Source: Octopus bimaculoides (taxonomy: Eukaryota). From it: a stretch of 64,000 nt of DNA. Made by a program: the position numbers and the translations under genes. Numbering within the stretch: position 1 is the first letter of the stretch; each line of letters starts with the position of its first letter. Location of the stretch: NCBI RefSeq assembly GCF_001194135.2, contig NC_068985.1, positions 85,641,555 to 85,705,554 on the forward strand, given 5' to 3'. The notes under the pieces were generated by a model, which saw only the letters and a program-made list of their open reading frames with translations, was not told the origin of the DNA and made no database searches. Positions 24,949 to 38,894 of this stretch are shown piece after piece.

Positions 24949-26110
24949 GTAGATAGCTAGACAGACAGATAGACAGACAGACAGACAGATAGATAGACAG
25001 ATAGATAGATAGACAGATAGACAGATAGACAGATAGATAGATAGATAGGATAGAGAGTAAGCTAGGTAGAGGGAAAGCTAGATGCAGTTAGATAGGAAGT
25101 GAAGCTATATATCATGTGGGATAGATAGATAAGTAAATAAATATATATATCTCTATACATATATATCTATATCTATATATATAAGAGAGAGAGGAAAAGA
25201 GAGAGATGGCTGGGTGGATGGCTGGGTGGGTGGGTGCCTATGCATTTATTGACGGGCTGATAAATTATCAGAGATGAATGGATGGACAGATAGACAAGAA
25301 GATAAACAAATAAACTGATCAGTGGCTGATTAGATAGATTGATATATGGAGAGATAGAAAGAAAATGGGAGAGAAAGGGCCATTGCTAGATGAATAGGTA
25401 GATGGAGGGGTGTGTGTTAGATAGATCTACGGTCAAACAGACAGACAGACAGAGAAAACACTGGAGTTAATTGGACAGAAAGTTTAAGAGAAGAATGGAT
25501 AGACCAATAGATCTCTGTTTAGATTAATAGTGATAGGGAAAGAGACAGATGAATGGATAGATAGATAGATAACGAGAGTGATAGACAGAGACAGAAAGAT
25601 TGATGAATAATGAATCAAATTAGTAACTAATTATATTATCCAATACTTAAATATTTTTCATGATACATATTTATTTTTTTATGAACAACTATTACCCCTT
25701 CTCTACTTCCGCTGGCCATCTCCTCTCCACCATCTCCCTCTTTGTAGGAAACAACAGCTGATAAAAAAAAAAATCCTAAAACACTAAGTGAGGCATTAAA
25801 GAAGAGAGACAGATATATGGATGGAAAAAATATAGACCAAAGGATGGATAGACAGATAGATAGATAGATAGATAGCTTCGTAGATAGACAAATAGAAAGA
25901 GAGGGATAGGGTGGGAGTAAGATTCCCTAAATGATAACAAGTACTCAGCGAATCTGATGTAAAGAGAGACTGAAAGAATAAAAGAGTGAAAGTAATGGTA
26001 AAAATGGTCTGAAAGTGGAAGGAAGAAAAAGGATGGTGGGAGTGAGAGAGGAAAATAGACTGTTGCATTTACCAAATTCTTCAAGGAAGGAAGACAGACA
26101 GAAAGAAATA
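24590..26110. repeat. Long degenerate (GATA)/(GACA)n-rich tract with a perfect core at about 24895-25050
   Basis: Directly visible. Further (GATA/TATC)n blocks lie at 27870-28050 and 30640-30790. Confidence 0.9.
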
Positions 26111-26539
26111 CTTCAACAAAAAAGAAATTAGATATGGAAATGGAAGAGAAAACTTGCAGTGAAACGGTTCGTTTTTAGATGAAAACTCACAAAGTTACAA
26201 ACAGGTATGGACTTACCTTAAATTCTAGTAGACAACATTCCAAGAATAAATTTTATCTTTTTTAAATTTTAGCCAAACAATTGGAACCAGTTAGAGTATT
26301 TGTAATAAAAGTAGTAGTCTTACTTCTTTGACAAGATAACAAAAGTTCATCTTTATAAAAAAATAGAATGCTGCCAAACAAGTGAAATAATAATTTTCTC
26401 AAGGTTTTCATGGAATTTTTTTTCTTCTCTTTGCTGTAGAAATATATAAATATGCGTGCATGTGTGTATATATGTAAGTATATATGCATATACATATATG
26501 TGTGTGTATGTGTGTCTATATATATATATGTATTTTATA

Positions 26540-26592
<53 letters not shown>

Positions 26593-27655
26593 ATATATGT
26601 ATATGTGTATATATATATAAGTATATATATATATATTGTATATATGTATGATATATATATGTATATATATATATATATTGTATATATTTACATATATATA
26701 TTCATGTATGTATATATATCTCTGTGTACATGTTATATAAATATATATGCATATTATTTATATATATGTGTCTGTGTTTGTATGTGTGTATATGTACATA
26801 TATTGGTGGAGAACACTATTTTTTGTTACTGATACATACCAAATATATATTTATGTATGTATGCATGCGTGTATGTGTACCTGCATACATATATATATAT
26901 GTGTGTGTATATATATATGTGTGTATGTATATATATATGTGTGTGTATGTATATATACACACAAAAAATATGATCTTTTTTTTTTTGTTTCAAAGGAGCA
27001 CTTGTTTCTTCTNNNNNNNNNNNNNNNNNNNNNNNNNNNNNNNNNNNNNNNNNNNNNNNNNNNNNNNNNNNNNNNNNNNNNNNNNNNNNNNNNNNNNNNN
27101 NNNNNNNNNNNNNNNNNNNNNNNNNNNNNNNNNNNNNNNNNNNNNNNNNNNNNNNNNNNNNNNNNNNNNNNNNNNNNNNNNNNNNNNNNNNNNNNNNNNN
27201 NNNNNNNNNNNNNNNNNNNNNNNNNNNNNNNNNNNNNNNNNNNNNNNNNNNNNNNNNNNNNNNNNNNNNNNNNNNNNNNNNNNNNNNNNNNNNNNNNNNN
27301 NNNNNNNNNNNNNNNNNNNNNNNNNNNNNNNNNNNNNNNNNNNNNNNNNNNNNNNNNNNNNNNNNNNNNNNNNNNNNNNNNNCCTGTGAAGGAGGAGGAG
27401 GAGGACGACGAGGAAGAAGAGAAGGGAAGAAAGAAAGAGAAAAAAGGGGAGGAGACTGTGAAGATGAGGGCGAGGTGGGTGAACGAAAGGGGATAAAGGG
27501 AAAAGGAAAGGAGAGAATGAGAGAGGAAATGATAAAGAGAGAAAGATGGAAGAAGAGAAGGAGTGACAGATAGATAGATAGATAGGCAGAGAGAGACAGA
27601 GAAATAGAGAACATTCATGTATGTATCTATTTACGTGCGCGCGTGAGTGTGTGTG

Positions 27656-27686
<31 letters not shown>

Positions 27687-27911
27687 GGAAGATTGCAAGA
27701 GAGAGAAAGAAGGAACAGACTGAAAGATTAATGGGTTGAAATGAATAAAGAAATAAATAGATTAGTAAATACTATCTTTCTATCTATCTATGTTTTTGAT
27801 AAAGATTAATAGATAGATAACTGTAAAGGTAGATGAATTAGTAAATATCTATATCTATAGCTATCTATATATTTATCTATCTATCTATCTATAGCTATCT
27901 ATCTATCTATG

Positions 27912-27975
<64 letters not shown>

Positions 27976-28016
27976 CATATATATATACAAATAGATAGAC
28001 ACACAGACAGACAGAG

Positions 28017-28047
<31 letters not shown>

Positions 28048-29090
28048 AAGACAGAGTGCTAGTTTGTGAGATAAATCAATAGAAAGGTGTGTAAGATATA
28101 TAGACAAAAAGAAGTAGAGAGAAAGTATGAGCGAGAGAGGCTGGAATTGGTTAATGCTGAATCTGGGAGTGAATAGAGGAGGAAGCTGAAGCATAAAGTG
28201 TGGCAGCAGCAACGTTAGTAGTAGTAGTAGTAGTAGTAGTTATTGAGATATCAGACTCTATAGCAGCAGTTGTAGTAGTAGTAGTAGTAGTAGCTGGCAG
28301 TAGAGAAAAAGTAGGAAGACTATTTCAGTGAGACCACCACCCCNNNNNNNNNNNNNNNNNNNNNNNNNNNNNNNNNNNNNNNNNNNNNNNNNNNNNNNNN
28401 NNNNNNNNNNNNNNNNNNNNNNNNNNNNNNNNNNNNNNNNNNNNNNNNNNNNNNNNNNNNNNNNNNNNNNNNNNNNNNNNNNNNCCCCCCTCCCATCATC
28501 TTAATCAATGTCATCATCCGCATCTATATCAACGTCATCTGTCACCACCACCAACTGTTACCTGTAATCAGCCTCACCGTCTTCATCACAGCCACCAACA
28601 GTATTGTCATCATGATCATTATTTGTCATTGTAACCACCATCACCATCATCATCATCATCTAACCAATGAGGGAGCCACTATGTGGTTCTTAAGCCTGCT
28701 AGAAATAGCAACTAAATCCCCTTTCAATCATACCCAGCCATCTGAAATGAAGACGGACACATTGAATAAATGAGATACAAAAAGACAAAAAGGTTACAGC
28801 TGGAATGGCTTTGATCATAGCAAATACTCATTTTGAGCTAGCCTAGGGCTAAACATCATTATCACTGCCACCACTACTGTCGTTAACACAATCATCATCA
28901 TCATCATCATCATCACCATCATGAATGAGAGAGTATCTCCAGGGTAGACCTGCTCTTAAACAACACCCATCATCATCAGCATCATCACAAGCTAATGAAA
29001 AAGCTACATGTTAGAAATAGCAGCTAAATCTTCTTTAAATCACAATCTACTCTCTTAGAGAAAAGGGTCGATTGGATGAAAGCCTGGAGA

Positions 29091-29132
<42 letters not shown>

Positions 29133-29266
29133 TGTACATTAAGAATTAAGATAGAAGGTAGATGAGTAGGGAAGAGAAGGGCTGATGGTAGAGCGATTAG
29201 AATACAAATGGTGGTGGTGGTGGTGGTAATTGTTACAGTATTGATGGTAGAGAGAGAGAGAGAGAG

Positions 29267-29301
<35 letters not shown>

Positions 29302-30676
29302 TGGTCGGAAGGGTGTGGCACTGGTAACAAGTGGGATATGGAGTGGATTGGAAAAAATACTTGCAACTCTCTTTCTCTCTCTCTCTCTCTCTTCCTTTCT
29401 CTCTCTATGTCCTATGTTCCTCATCTTTCTCACACTTCCACCTAATGTCTACTCCACCACTTGGAGCTGGTGGAGAATATTCCTTGCTCCTCGTTACCTT
29501 CTCCCAGGCTAAAAGTTTTTTTTTTATTGTATTTTGGCAGGGAACAGTACTCATGACCCCCTTTTACCCATTTCCAGGGGTTAAATGTATTACCCCTCTC
29601 ACCAGAGGCCTGGTTTTACTATTTCTAACAGAGTTGATTCTATTCAATGTACTCAATAAGCAGGTGTTGGTGTTCAGCTTAGGAACAGGAATGGTTTCCT
29701 CGATGATCTGCCCCACCTTTCCCGCTTATCAAATGGTACTGAAAAGAATTTACCCTAACCCAAACCACCCACCAGCTTTTGGGCAGTGGGTATTTACACA
29801 AAGTGTTGTGTTCTGGGATTGAACTTAAAACGATGTAGTTGTGATGTGAACTTGTCAGTCACGCAGCCATATCTGTACCCCCTCATTTTGCTAAAGAAAG
29901 ACCTTTGGAAGGGCATGAAGGATACAGATTCTTAAAATGCTTTCTTTGTTTTAGGGGTCAATGATTTCAAATAATGTTTTGTGGTTTATCTCTTTCTGTG
30001 TGTGCACGTGGCTGGGTATGCTTGTGTGTGTGTGTGTCTGTGTATGCATATGTGTGTGTATGCTTGAGTGTTTGTGTGCATAAGTATGTGTCTGTGTATA
30101 CATACACATGTATGTGTGTGTGCCGGTATCTACATTCTCTCTGTGTACATCAGTAGAGAGATATGTGCATGTGTGTAAGTGTGTCAGTTTATATTTGAAG
30201 AGGTGGAAACTGCATGGAAGCCTGTGAGATGGTTTGTGTCAGTAACTGACAGGGCTAGCCTTGTCACACAGTGTCTTCAAACTGGTGGAAGAGTACATCA
30301 AGGGTACACATGTCTGTGGGTTACACAGCCACTTACACTTAAATTCAGTTACTAGGTAGCTACATCTCCCCACACACGCTCACACACACACACACGCACA
30401 TGTCCAACCTATGCCAGTATGAAAAACAGATTTTAAATGATGAGTGACTTGGTTTGCCATCACTAAACTGCGAAGTCACTATCAACCTTTTCCTTATACA
30501 ACTCAAAACGAATAACAAAACTCAACTAAAAAAATTTTGAGCAATCACTCAGTTTCATGTGAAATTGTTTGTATGTCTAGCATCACATAAAGACATTTAG
30601 GCATGTGTGTGTGTGTGTGTCCATTCGTCCATCTGTCCATCCATCCATCTATCTATCTGTCTGTCTGTCTGTCTGC

Positions 30677-30710
<34 letters not shown>

Positions 30711-30743
30711 GTCTGTCTGTCTGTTTGCCTGTCTATTTATTTC

Positions 30744-30787
<44 letters not shown>

Positions 30788-31179
30788 CATGAACTGTACA
30801 GGTAATTTTACTTGAAAATTCCATGAAGGGCACAAATGTCTATGGAATACTTAACTGCTTACAGCATTATTCAATGAACAAGCAGCACAGTTGTTCATCA
30901 GATGAAATACTTATTTTAGAAACTGGTGGAGGTCCATTGACAATGTGTGTGTGTATTTGTGTGTATGTGTCTCTACTTATGTGTGTGTGTGCCTGTGTGT
31001 GCGTGCATGTTTGCCTGTGTGTACAAATTCTATTAAAAGCATCTAGATTTCTCTAATCCCACTCCAACCCCCACCCAGAGTATGAGGTGGAAAATATCTA
31101 ACATTCTGTAAGTTTGGTGAGAGAGCCAAGCCCTTGTATCCTTTACAGAGGGGACTGCTAATACTCTCTCGCTTTCTCA

Positions 31180-31227
<48 letters not shown>

Positions 31228-31773
31228 GTATGTGTGTGTAGAGAGAGAGAGGGAGTGAGAGAGAGAAAGAGAGAGAATGGGAGAAGGTTGGGGTAAGTTG
31301 AAGCCTATAAAACATCACAACATTGATGAGGAGGCTGGCTCTTACACTGTTACGATGTCAGATTTTATACATCTGTAACATTCAGCTGCAGTGAATTACC
31401 GGTATTTAATTCTGTTGTCTCTGGAAGGATTGAAAAATATGGATGGGATTTGAATTAGAAACCTAGATTTAGAAACTGACAGGCATTTAGTCTAGCAACA
31501 TTTTTTTTCCTTGGTTCAGAATTGTCAAAAGATGGATGGAACTAACCGCATCACTTGTTAGCAGTCAGAGCATTTGTATCCTTCAAAACTTCTCTACTTC
31601 CCCAAATTCTCTGAAACTATTCCTGACATACTTCTATCCACCCCTTTCTTCTTCTTTACATTTACTGTTCATTCTTCTCTCTTTTTGCATTTTACTCTGT
31701 CTCCTATGAATGTGCTTCTCACTTTCATTCCTCTCTTTCTTTGAGCTCTGGTGTACCCGAGCATTAACAAGCT

Positions 31774-31774
<1 letters not shown>

Positions 31775-31842
<68 letters not shown>

Positions 31843-32055
31843 CTTTTCTGCTATAGGCACAAGGCTTGAAGTTTTTTTGTGGGGAGGGGATAGTTGATTA
31901 CATAGACTTCAGTGCTTGACTGGTACTCTTTCATTTGATTCTGAAAGGATGAAAGTCAAAGTTGACCTTGGCAGAATTTGAACTCAGAATATAAAGACAA
32001 ATGAAATACCACTAAGCATTTCGCCTGGCGTGCTAATGATTCTGCCAGCTTGCCA
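31775..32055 (-). mobile_element. tRNA-derived SINE (same family as 10355-10574) with a long (ATT)n tail
   Basis: CTATAGGCACAAGGC...GAAAGGATGAAAGTCAAAGTTGACCTTGGCAGAATTTGAACTC...GCTAATGATTCTGCCAGC. The (AAT)n run is at 31775-31841. Confidence 0.85.
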
Positions 32056-32059
32056 CTTG

Positions 32060-32930
32060 GTCAGATAAATCATCTCCTTTCCATGGATGATGTAAAGGTT
32101 TATGCGAAAAATGAGAAACAGCTTAAACGTCTTGTACATCCTATCTGCATTCTCCCAAATGACGTAGGTATGGAATTTGGGATAGAAAAGTGCATTATAT
32201 TGAAAATGAAACGAGGAAGATTTGAGAGAAGCCAGGGAATTGAAATGTCAAGTAGGAGGGAAACAATGAGAGCAACTGAGAAAGGACAATTGGTAGAAAT
32301 ACTTGGGAATACTGGAAGTGAATGAAATAAAAAAAATGAAGAAATGAAACAAATGACTGGTAGGGAGTACACAAGGAGAGTGAAACAAATATTTACAGTC
32401 AAAGCTAAATCAGTCAAAAAATCTTATTGAAGCAATAAATTCAAGAGCAGTACTCTTAATCAGATATGGAGTTGGGATTATAGACTGGACCAGAAACGAT
32501 AAAAAGAAACTTGACAGGAAACACTAGAAAGTTGTTGACAATATATGGAGTACACCATCCGAAAGCTGATACCAACTGGTTGTACTTGAGGAGAGACCAG
32601 AGTGAAAGAGGCTTCGTAGCAATAGAAGGATGTGTACAGATGGAAAGTAAAAGCCTTGTACAGTATTTATCTAAAGTACAGAAAACTATCGAAGACTGTT
32701 AATAAAGATCAAGCATGTAATAAGAGAAAAGGACAAGAATGAAATACAAAGAGACGTGTCAGACAGATCGAAGACAAACCACTGGATAGCCAGTTTTGGA
32801 AAGCCACTGAAGACATGTGTGGAATGAAATCTTGGGTTTGGTTAAAAAAGGGGTAATAAAAATCCCAAAATCTAATAAGTTTGTACCAGTCATGAGGCCA
32901 AACAACCCTGAAAGTTTCATGTGAATCCAT
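32060..32930 (+). mobile_element. R4/Dong-type LINE internal fragment (RT catalytic region and thumb), pseudogenised
   Basis: INHLLSMDDVKVYAKNEKQL...DVGMEFGIEKCIILKMKRG (ORF 32050-32325), then AINSRAVLLIRYGVGIIDWT and RKLLTIYGVHHPKADTNWLYLRRDQSERGFVAIEGCV (ORF 32511-32702). Confidence 0.88.
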
Positions 32931-34879
32931 CCAGCAGTTCTTGAGATATTCTACACAAGACCTTCATAATTTGGTGGAGCCAAATAAAGTGAAATCTTGC
33001 CGAAGAAACAAAACCATCACAAAAAATCTTATGAAAGAAACCCCACAACCCAGCAACGTAGATGTAACACACACACCTTTGCCATCTTCTAGGCTAGGTA
33101 AGCTGGAACAATGTAAAATGAATTGCCTTGCTGAAGGAAGGACACAGAACACCACCTGACTCAGGAATCAAACCCATGACCTTACGATTGTTAGAGCAAC
33201 TCCTTAACTACATGGTTGTAGTTATACTGAGAGGTAACAGCCACAATTCTTACAACACAGAAGACAAATATCAACTGTGTGCTCTATTTCCTGAAATAAA
33301 ACAGAATGAAAATGCTCTCCATTAACTTAAGCAAAATTCACACAGTATTGTACAAAGCTGTCCTGCCTCACCAACCAAAAGATTATATCATACTCCACAT
33401 GCCTTAGAAAATAGAACTGTCAAAAAAACTGTTCTGCAAGTTCAGTACTAAGACAGACTAGCAAGGGGCATCATTTCTTATTATCAAAATGGTTATCAAG
33501 TTATATGGAAGTGAGCTGAAGAGCAAAGGAATGGCACCAATTGAGCTGTGGAATTTAAAATGATTATAGCAATAAATAAAACCGATTATCCAAAATCTTG
33601 GTTGTAATTGGTAAAACTGGAATGATACATTAGTCTGACAAATTCTCTAGAATTAATCCAAAGCATTTTTGGATAAGTTTACTTTTAATAAGCATACAAT
33701 GTTAACCGTGCTGTGAGTTGTAAGCAAGCTATTGACAAATTTTATACGTGCAGTCAAAAAAATGTGTGATTCATCACAGTTTCTTTTTGATCTTCATCAG
33801 AGAAAGAATTTTCATTTTCTGTCTACGGAGATGGATTAGCAGCTGATTAGCTATTTTTAGAGTAAAGACAAACTAGGACTCGGCTTAACTGGCCTGTTTA
33901 ATTTGCATAACAAGAAACATACAAAGTAATTTAATTAATTCGTAACGCAATAAATAGCATTCTCAATAATTTCAAATGTAAGGCAGACTTTTTTTTTTTT
34001 TAAATAAGTGTAAAAATGAGATGAACACCAAAGTTGATGAAATGAAGTTGAGTCAATATTTAAGATCTTCATAGAGTATTGTTACGAAGATTACAAGTGA
34101 GGGTCTGGGGGGAAGAAAAGAAGAAGCAGATAAAAAAAAAGGGGGTTTTATTGATTGTAGCTATGGATGCTTGTTGACAGGGAAACAAAAATATTTCTGT
34201 GAAAATGAAAATTTTAGCCTGTGTTAATATAGATAGTTCTTTTGACAGTAAGAATGGTGAAGACACCACCAAATGCAAGAATTTCATTTGACATATTTCT
34301 TTACTGCTTATGTTTTTAACCTCTCAACTCACTGCTGTGGTTCTTGGAATGAACCCTTTTTATAAGTTCCATAACAAACATGACTGGACAGAATTGTGTT
34401 GACATCATCATTTAATTAACAAAGTCTGTAAAATTTCTCTTGTTTCTTATAAAGAATTTCCTGATTGGAAACAAGTCACAAGTTCAAATCAAAGTAAAGA
34501 CCTGTTATATAAAAATACAATTTTAAATTCATTGTCAAAAGTAAACAAAATAGTTATATGACAGGTTTGTATTTTCAGGGGCAGAAAAAGTGGACTCAAT
34601 CTCACCATTTCTCCATTAGCCAAACAATAACCACTCTTCTGGCCACAGAGAGATCAATCCCACTCTGTAATTACTGATAGTGTCTAAAAACTAGGGCTCA
34701 GATAAACTTATTTTATTTTTTTTAATTTTAAATTATTCTATAAAATTTAAATCAGTGGCAGGTCCTTAGGTTCAAAAGCTCATTAGAGTCATTTTTACAC
34801 CTACTTTTCCATGCTTGCATGGGTCTGACAACAGTTTGTTGTGGTACAGTATTCTAAGCTGGATGTGCTTGTTGATACC

Positions 34880-35070
34880 AACCTCTTGATGCTGGGCAAA
34901 ATGCTTAGTGGTATTTTATCCATCTGCATGCTTTGACTTCAAAGTCTGCTGAGGTCAATTTTGCTTTCATCCTTTTGGGGTCGATAAAATAAGTACCAGT
35001 TGAACACTGGGTTGATGTAACCAATTTACTCCTCCTCTTGTTAGCCTTGTGCCAAAACTTGAAACGAATA
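34880..35070 (+). mobile_element. Degenerate tRNA-derived SINE (10355 family)
   Basis: AAATGCTTAGTGGTATTT...GAGGTCAATTTTGCTTTCATCCTTTTGGGGTCGATAAAATAAGTACCAG. Confidence 0.8.
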
Positions 35071-35578
35071 ATCTCTCTACGTACTGAAGAACAAAGAAAC
35101 CAGACATGGTAACATGGAGAACTGGAACCAAACAATAGCATTTGAAGGAGTCACCTTTTGTTTAAAAAGATGACATAACACATCAAAACCTGTCAAGAAG
35201 CCTAAACATACTTTTACGGTGCCTTGTGGTAAATGATGCCATTTCACATTGTCAATGGAGTTTTAGGTTACAACCAGTGAGAACCTGTGAAGATAAGAGG
35301 GGAAATATAAACTCATACAGACACATACATACACGCATGGACACATATATACACACACAGAGTAAAGCTGCCTAGTGTCACACAGGAAATAAAGGATTCA
35401 ATGAGTCACCAGTTTGTTGTAGGACAATCATGGTGTTCCATAGAAAAATCTTTTTGGGAACAAAAGGTTTTTATTATTTGGAACAGAGACATATTTTTAA
35501 ACTATTACAAGTATTTCTATAATCCACAATGAAAAGAATTAACTCACACACATTTATGCATATATATANNNNNNNNNN

Positions 35579-35619
<41 letters not shown>

Positions 35620-36969
35620 GTGTGCGTGTATGCACAAATATTTATGTATAGAAATACATGCATATTTATACGTGTATGTATGTGCGTATGTATAGATATA
35701 CACGCACACACACATATATAAATATAGATAAATATACACATACATGAACCTCATGCATGTGTGTATGTGTTTATGATATTACAAAAGATGTAAATTGTTG
35801 TTCTTTGAAAGAAGTCTTTTGCTGGAAGCAGCAGCCAAATCTCCCTCAAACCTTTATCAACTGAGAAAAATATAGATCCTGTGGTTTTGAGTTCATTTCA
35901 CATCGGGTAAAACAGGATGGTCATGGCTGGTATGCTATGGATCATAGAGATGCTCCAACAGAGTGGACCATGTCTTTCACCTCATGTACAACCCCCTCCC
36001 ATCACACAACACATATGCACACACACACACACTTACACAAGCATAAACACATAACATATAGACACGCACCTACACACAAAATACATAACACACACACATA
36101 TATATATATATACACACACATATATATAAATATATATATACATATATGCATACCATATCCACAGAGACCTACAAACACACACATGCATACTCAACATAGA
36201 CACACCCACACACAGCATATGAAAACACACACACACACACATAAACACACACCTACACATTGATGAATATCTCTCCACACAATCGCTTTTAGTACAAACA
36301 CCTTTCCATACACTCTGCCCCCTCCACATCCATGCACACGCATATGCACATGTGCACGCACACACACACACACAGAGGCACACACCCACACACACATGCA
36401 TCCTTCCTACACAAATCCTTCCCCACCCTCACCACCAATCCTTCCCTCACCACATACATACATCCTCCTCCCCTTCCCTACACAACGTCTCCTCTCCCTG
36501 CCTCCTCCTCATCCTCCTCTAATTATCTTGCATTAAGTGCAATAATGCAGTTTTTATAAACAAAATCAAAATAAAACGAGGTTTTTATTAATTAATTTCT
36601 TTCATTCTCCTTAAATGTCATCTAATCACATGACTCATTGAATCAACAAGGAAGTATCCGTGTAGTCATTCAACTTGTTAGAAATAGCAGCCAAATATCC
36701 CTCAAATTACACTCCACCACTTAGAAAAGAAGGAAAAATACTTTGAATAATGTAGTCCTAGATACACTGTGGCTGAATTAAAGCTGGTTAAACTTGGGAT
36801 GAAATAACAATAACTGGTTGTTGTTGTTTAGCCCAGGGACAATACTTATTGAGTCACAGACTTATAATGAAAAGCGTTCCACCCATGGCTATCCTACCTA
36901 TTAATAATCAGACGATACACGTATACACACGCATATGTATATATACATACACACATGCACACTCACACA

Positions 36970-37008
<39 letters not shown>

Positions 37009-38654
37009 NNNNNNNNNNNNNNNNNNNNNNNNNNNNNNNNNNNNNNNNNNNNNNNNNNNNNNNNNNNCCCATGGCTATCCTACCTATTAATAATCAGACG
37101 ATACACGTATACACACGCATATGTATATATAAATACATACATGAACACTTGTGGGACAGTTTTTAAAGTTAGAGATTTTTGATATGGATGATATGGATGC
37201 AAAATTATTGATTTTAGGGGAAAGATGCAATGAATTAGACTGCTTCCAATATTTAAATCTATTTTTTTACTAAATCAGCCAGGACAGAAATGAAACTGTA
37301 CCTGGCAACAGCTGGAGTCTCCATTATGCTGAATACTTTCAACATTTTTAACTGAAACAACATAATAAATTTGTTATAATATATCTAATATTTATTGCTA
37401 ATAACATTAACTGCTGAATATATTTTAAAAACGTTGATGGCAAAAAATCCGTATAGACTCTAGTAAGATTAGAACCTAGAATTGAGAAATGTCGAAGTGA
37501 GTCCTGTGCAACATATCTTCTGGTGCTTTATCAATTTCCTCATCAACGACTCCACAATATAAACTGTATGCAATGCAAGAAACAAACTTCTTTGCTAGTA
37601 TCAGCTTGTGTTGGTTGGTTATTATGAACACACCCCAACCCAGTGGACGACCATTAAACTATATCGTTTCTAAATCTTTTCTATCGCGACTGTAATGGCC
37701 TCAGCTGTTCTTAAATTACTAATGTTATGTCATCTCTATTTAATTCCACTTGTCTTTCCTTCTCCAGTGAAATCACCATTCTGCTTCACTGATTAATATA
37801 GATATATATTGACTGGTTGGTTATAGGGGAAGACATCTAACTGTGGTAACATTCAAACAACACACACACACACACACACACACACAGGCATACACAATTT
37901 CTCTGGCGATATGTAAGCATTCAAACTTTGAAAATTCTGTCAGAGCACAAGTAATTTGAAAGAATTGCGGGGTACTTTAAGCATTGTGAGAGACAACAAG
38001 CAGAAAATGTGTACTTTGTACTTGTAAAAAAAAGAAACCAAGATAGACATGGTGACAACTGGTGAGGCTGGAATGTCATAATGCTGGCCATTACAACGAA
38101 TGAGACAACGATTGAGTCATCTCTTCTGCCACAGAAGAGATGGCAATGACTGATACATGTAATAAATTGTTGAGTTGAACCATACAACCATATTAACAAT
38201 GGGAAATAAATGTTAAAATGTTGCTAACTATGATGATGATGATGATTTCATATGTTCATTTATCCATTACAACAAAACCATCCACCCACCTACCTACTCT
38301 CCTACCTACCTGCCTATCTACCCTCCTACCTACCTGCCTACATTCCTACCTGTCAGTCTGTCTGTCTGTCTGTCTCCTCTCTCTCTCTCTCTCTCTTTCT
38401 CTCCCTCTGTTTCTTAATCGTCTTAATGTTCACTTTCCATGCTTGCAGAGTCAAACAGAATTTGTTAAGGCAGATTATCTACAGCCGGATGCCTTTCCTG
38501 TTGCCGACCACCACCTATTTGCAAGCAATGCATTATTTCCGCATGGCCAGACATGCTCTTTCACGGAAGACAGGAAATGAAGGACACCAACTGTATGACA
38601 GCAGTCATGCTTATTTACTAACGTCACACAATGTCAAGACCAGGAGACATGATT

Positions 38655-38689
<35 letters not shown>

Positions 38690-38690
<1 letters not shown>

Positions 38691-38834
38691 CAGATTCCAT
38701 CTACCATATCCACTCACAAAACTTTGGTTATCTCAGGGCTGTGGTAGAAGACCCTTGTCCAAGGTGTCTCACTGTGGAATTGAACCCAAAACCACATAAC
38801 TGAGAAGCAGACTTCTAAGCCACACAGCCAGGCC

Positions 38835-38835
<1 letters not shown>
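38690..38835 (-). mobile_element. CORE-like tRNA SINE
   Basis: Inverse of 3319-3480 (TCCACTCACAAAACTTTGG...GTAGAAGACCCTTGTCCAAGGTG...TTGAACCC...CCACACAGCCA). Confidence 0.75.

Positions 38836-38892
<57 letters not shown>

Positions 38893-38894
<2 letters not shown>

Noticed and set aside
29331-29822. 163-aa plus-strand ORF
   Set aside because: It starts in a (CT)n tract, ends in a SINE fragment and has no recognisable motif.
38722-38733. CTTTGGTTATCT, resembling the miR-9 5' end
   Set aside because: It lies inside a SINE copy, diverges after 12 nt and has no hairpin partner.
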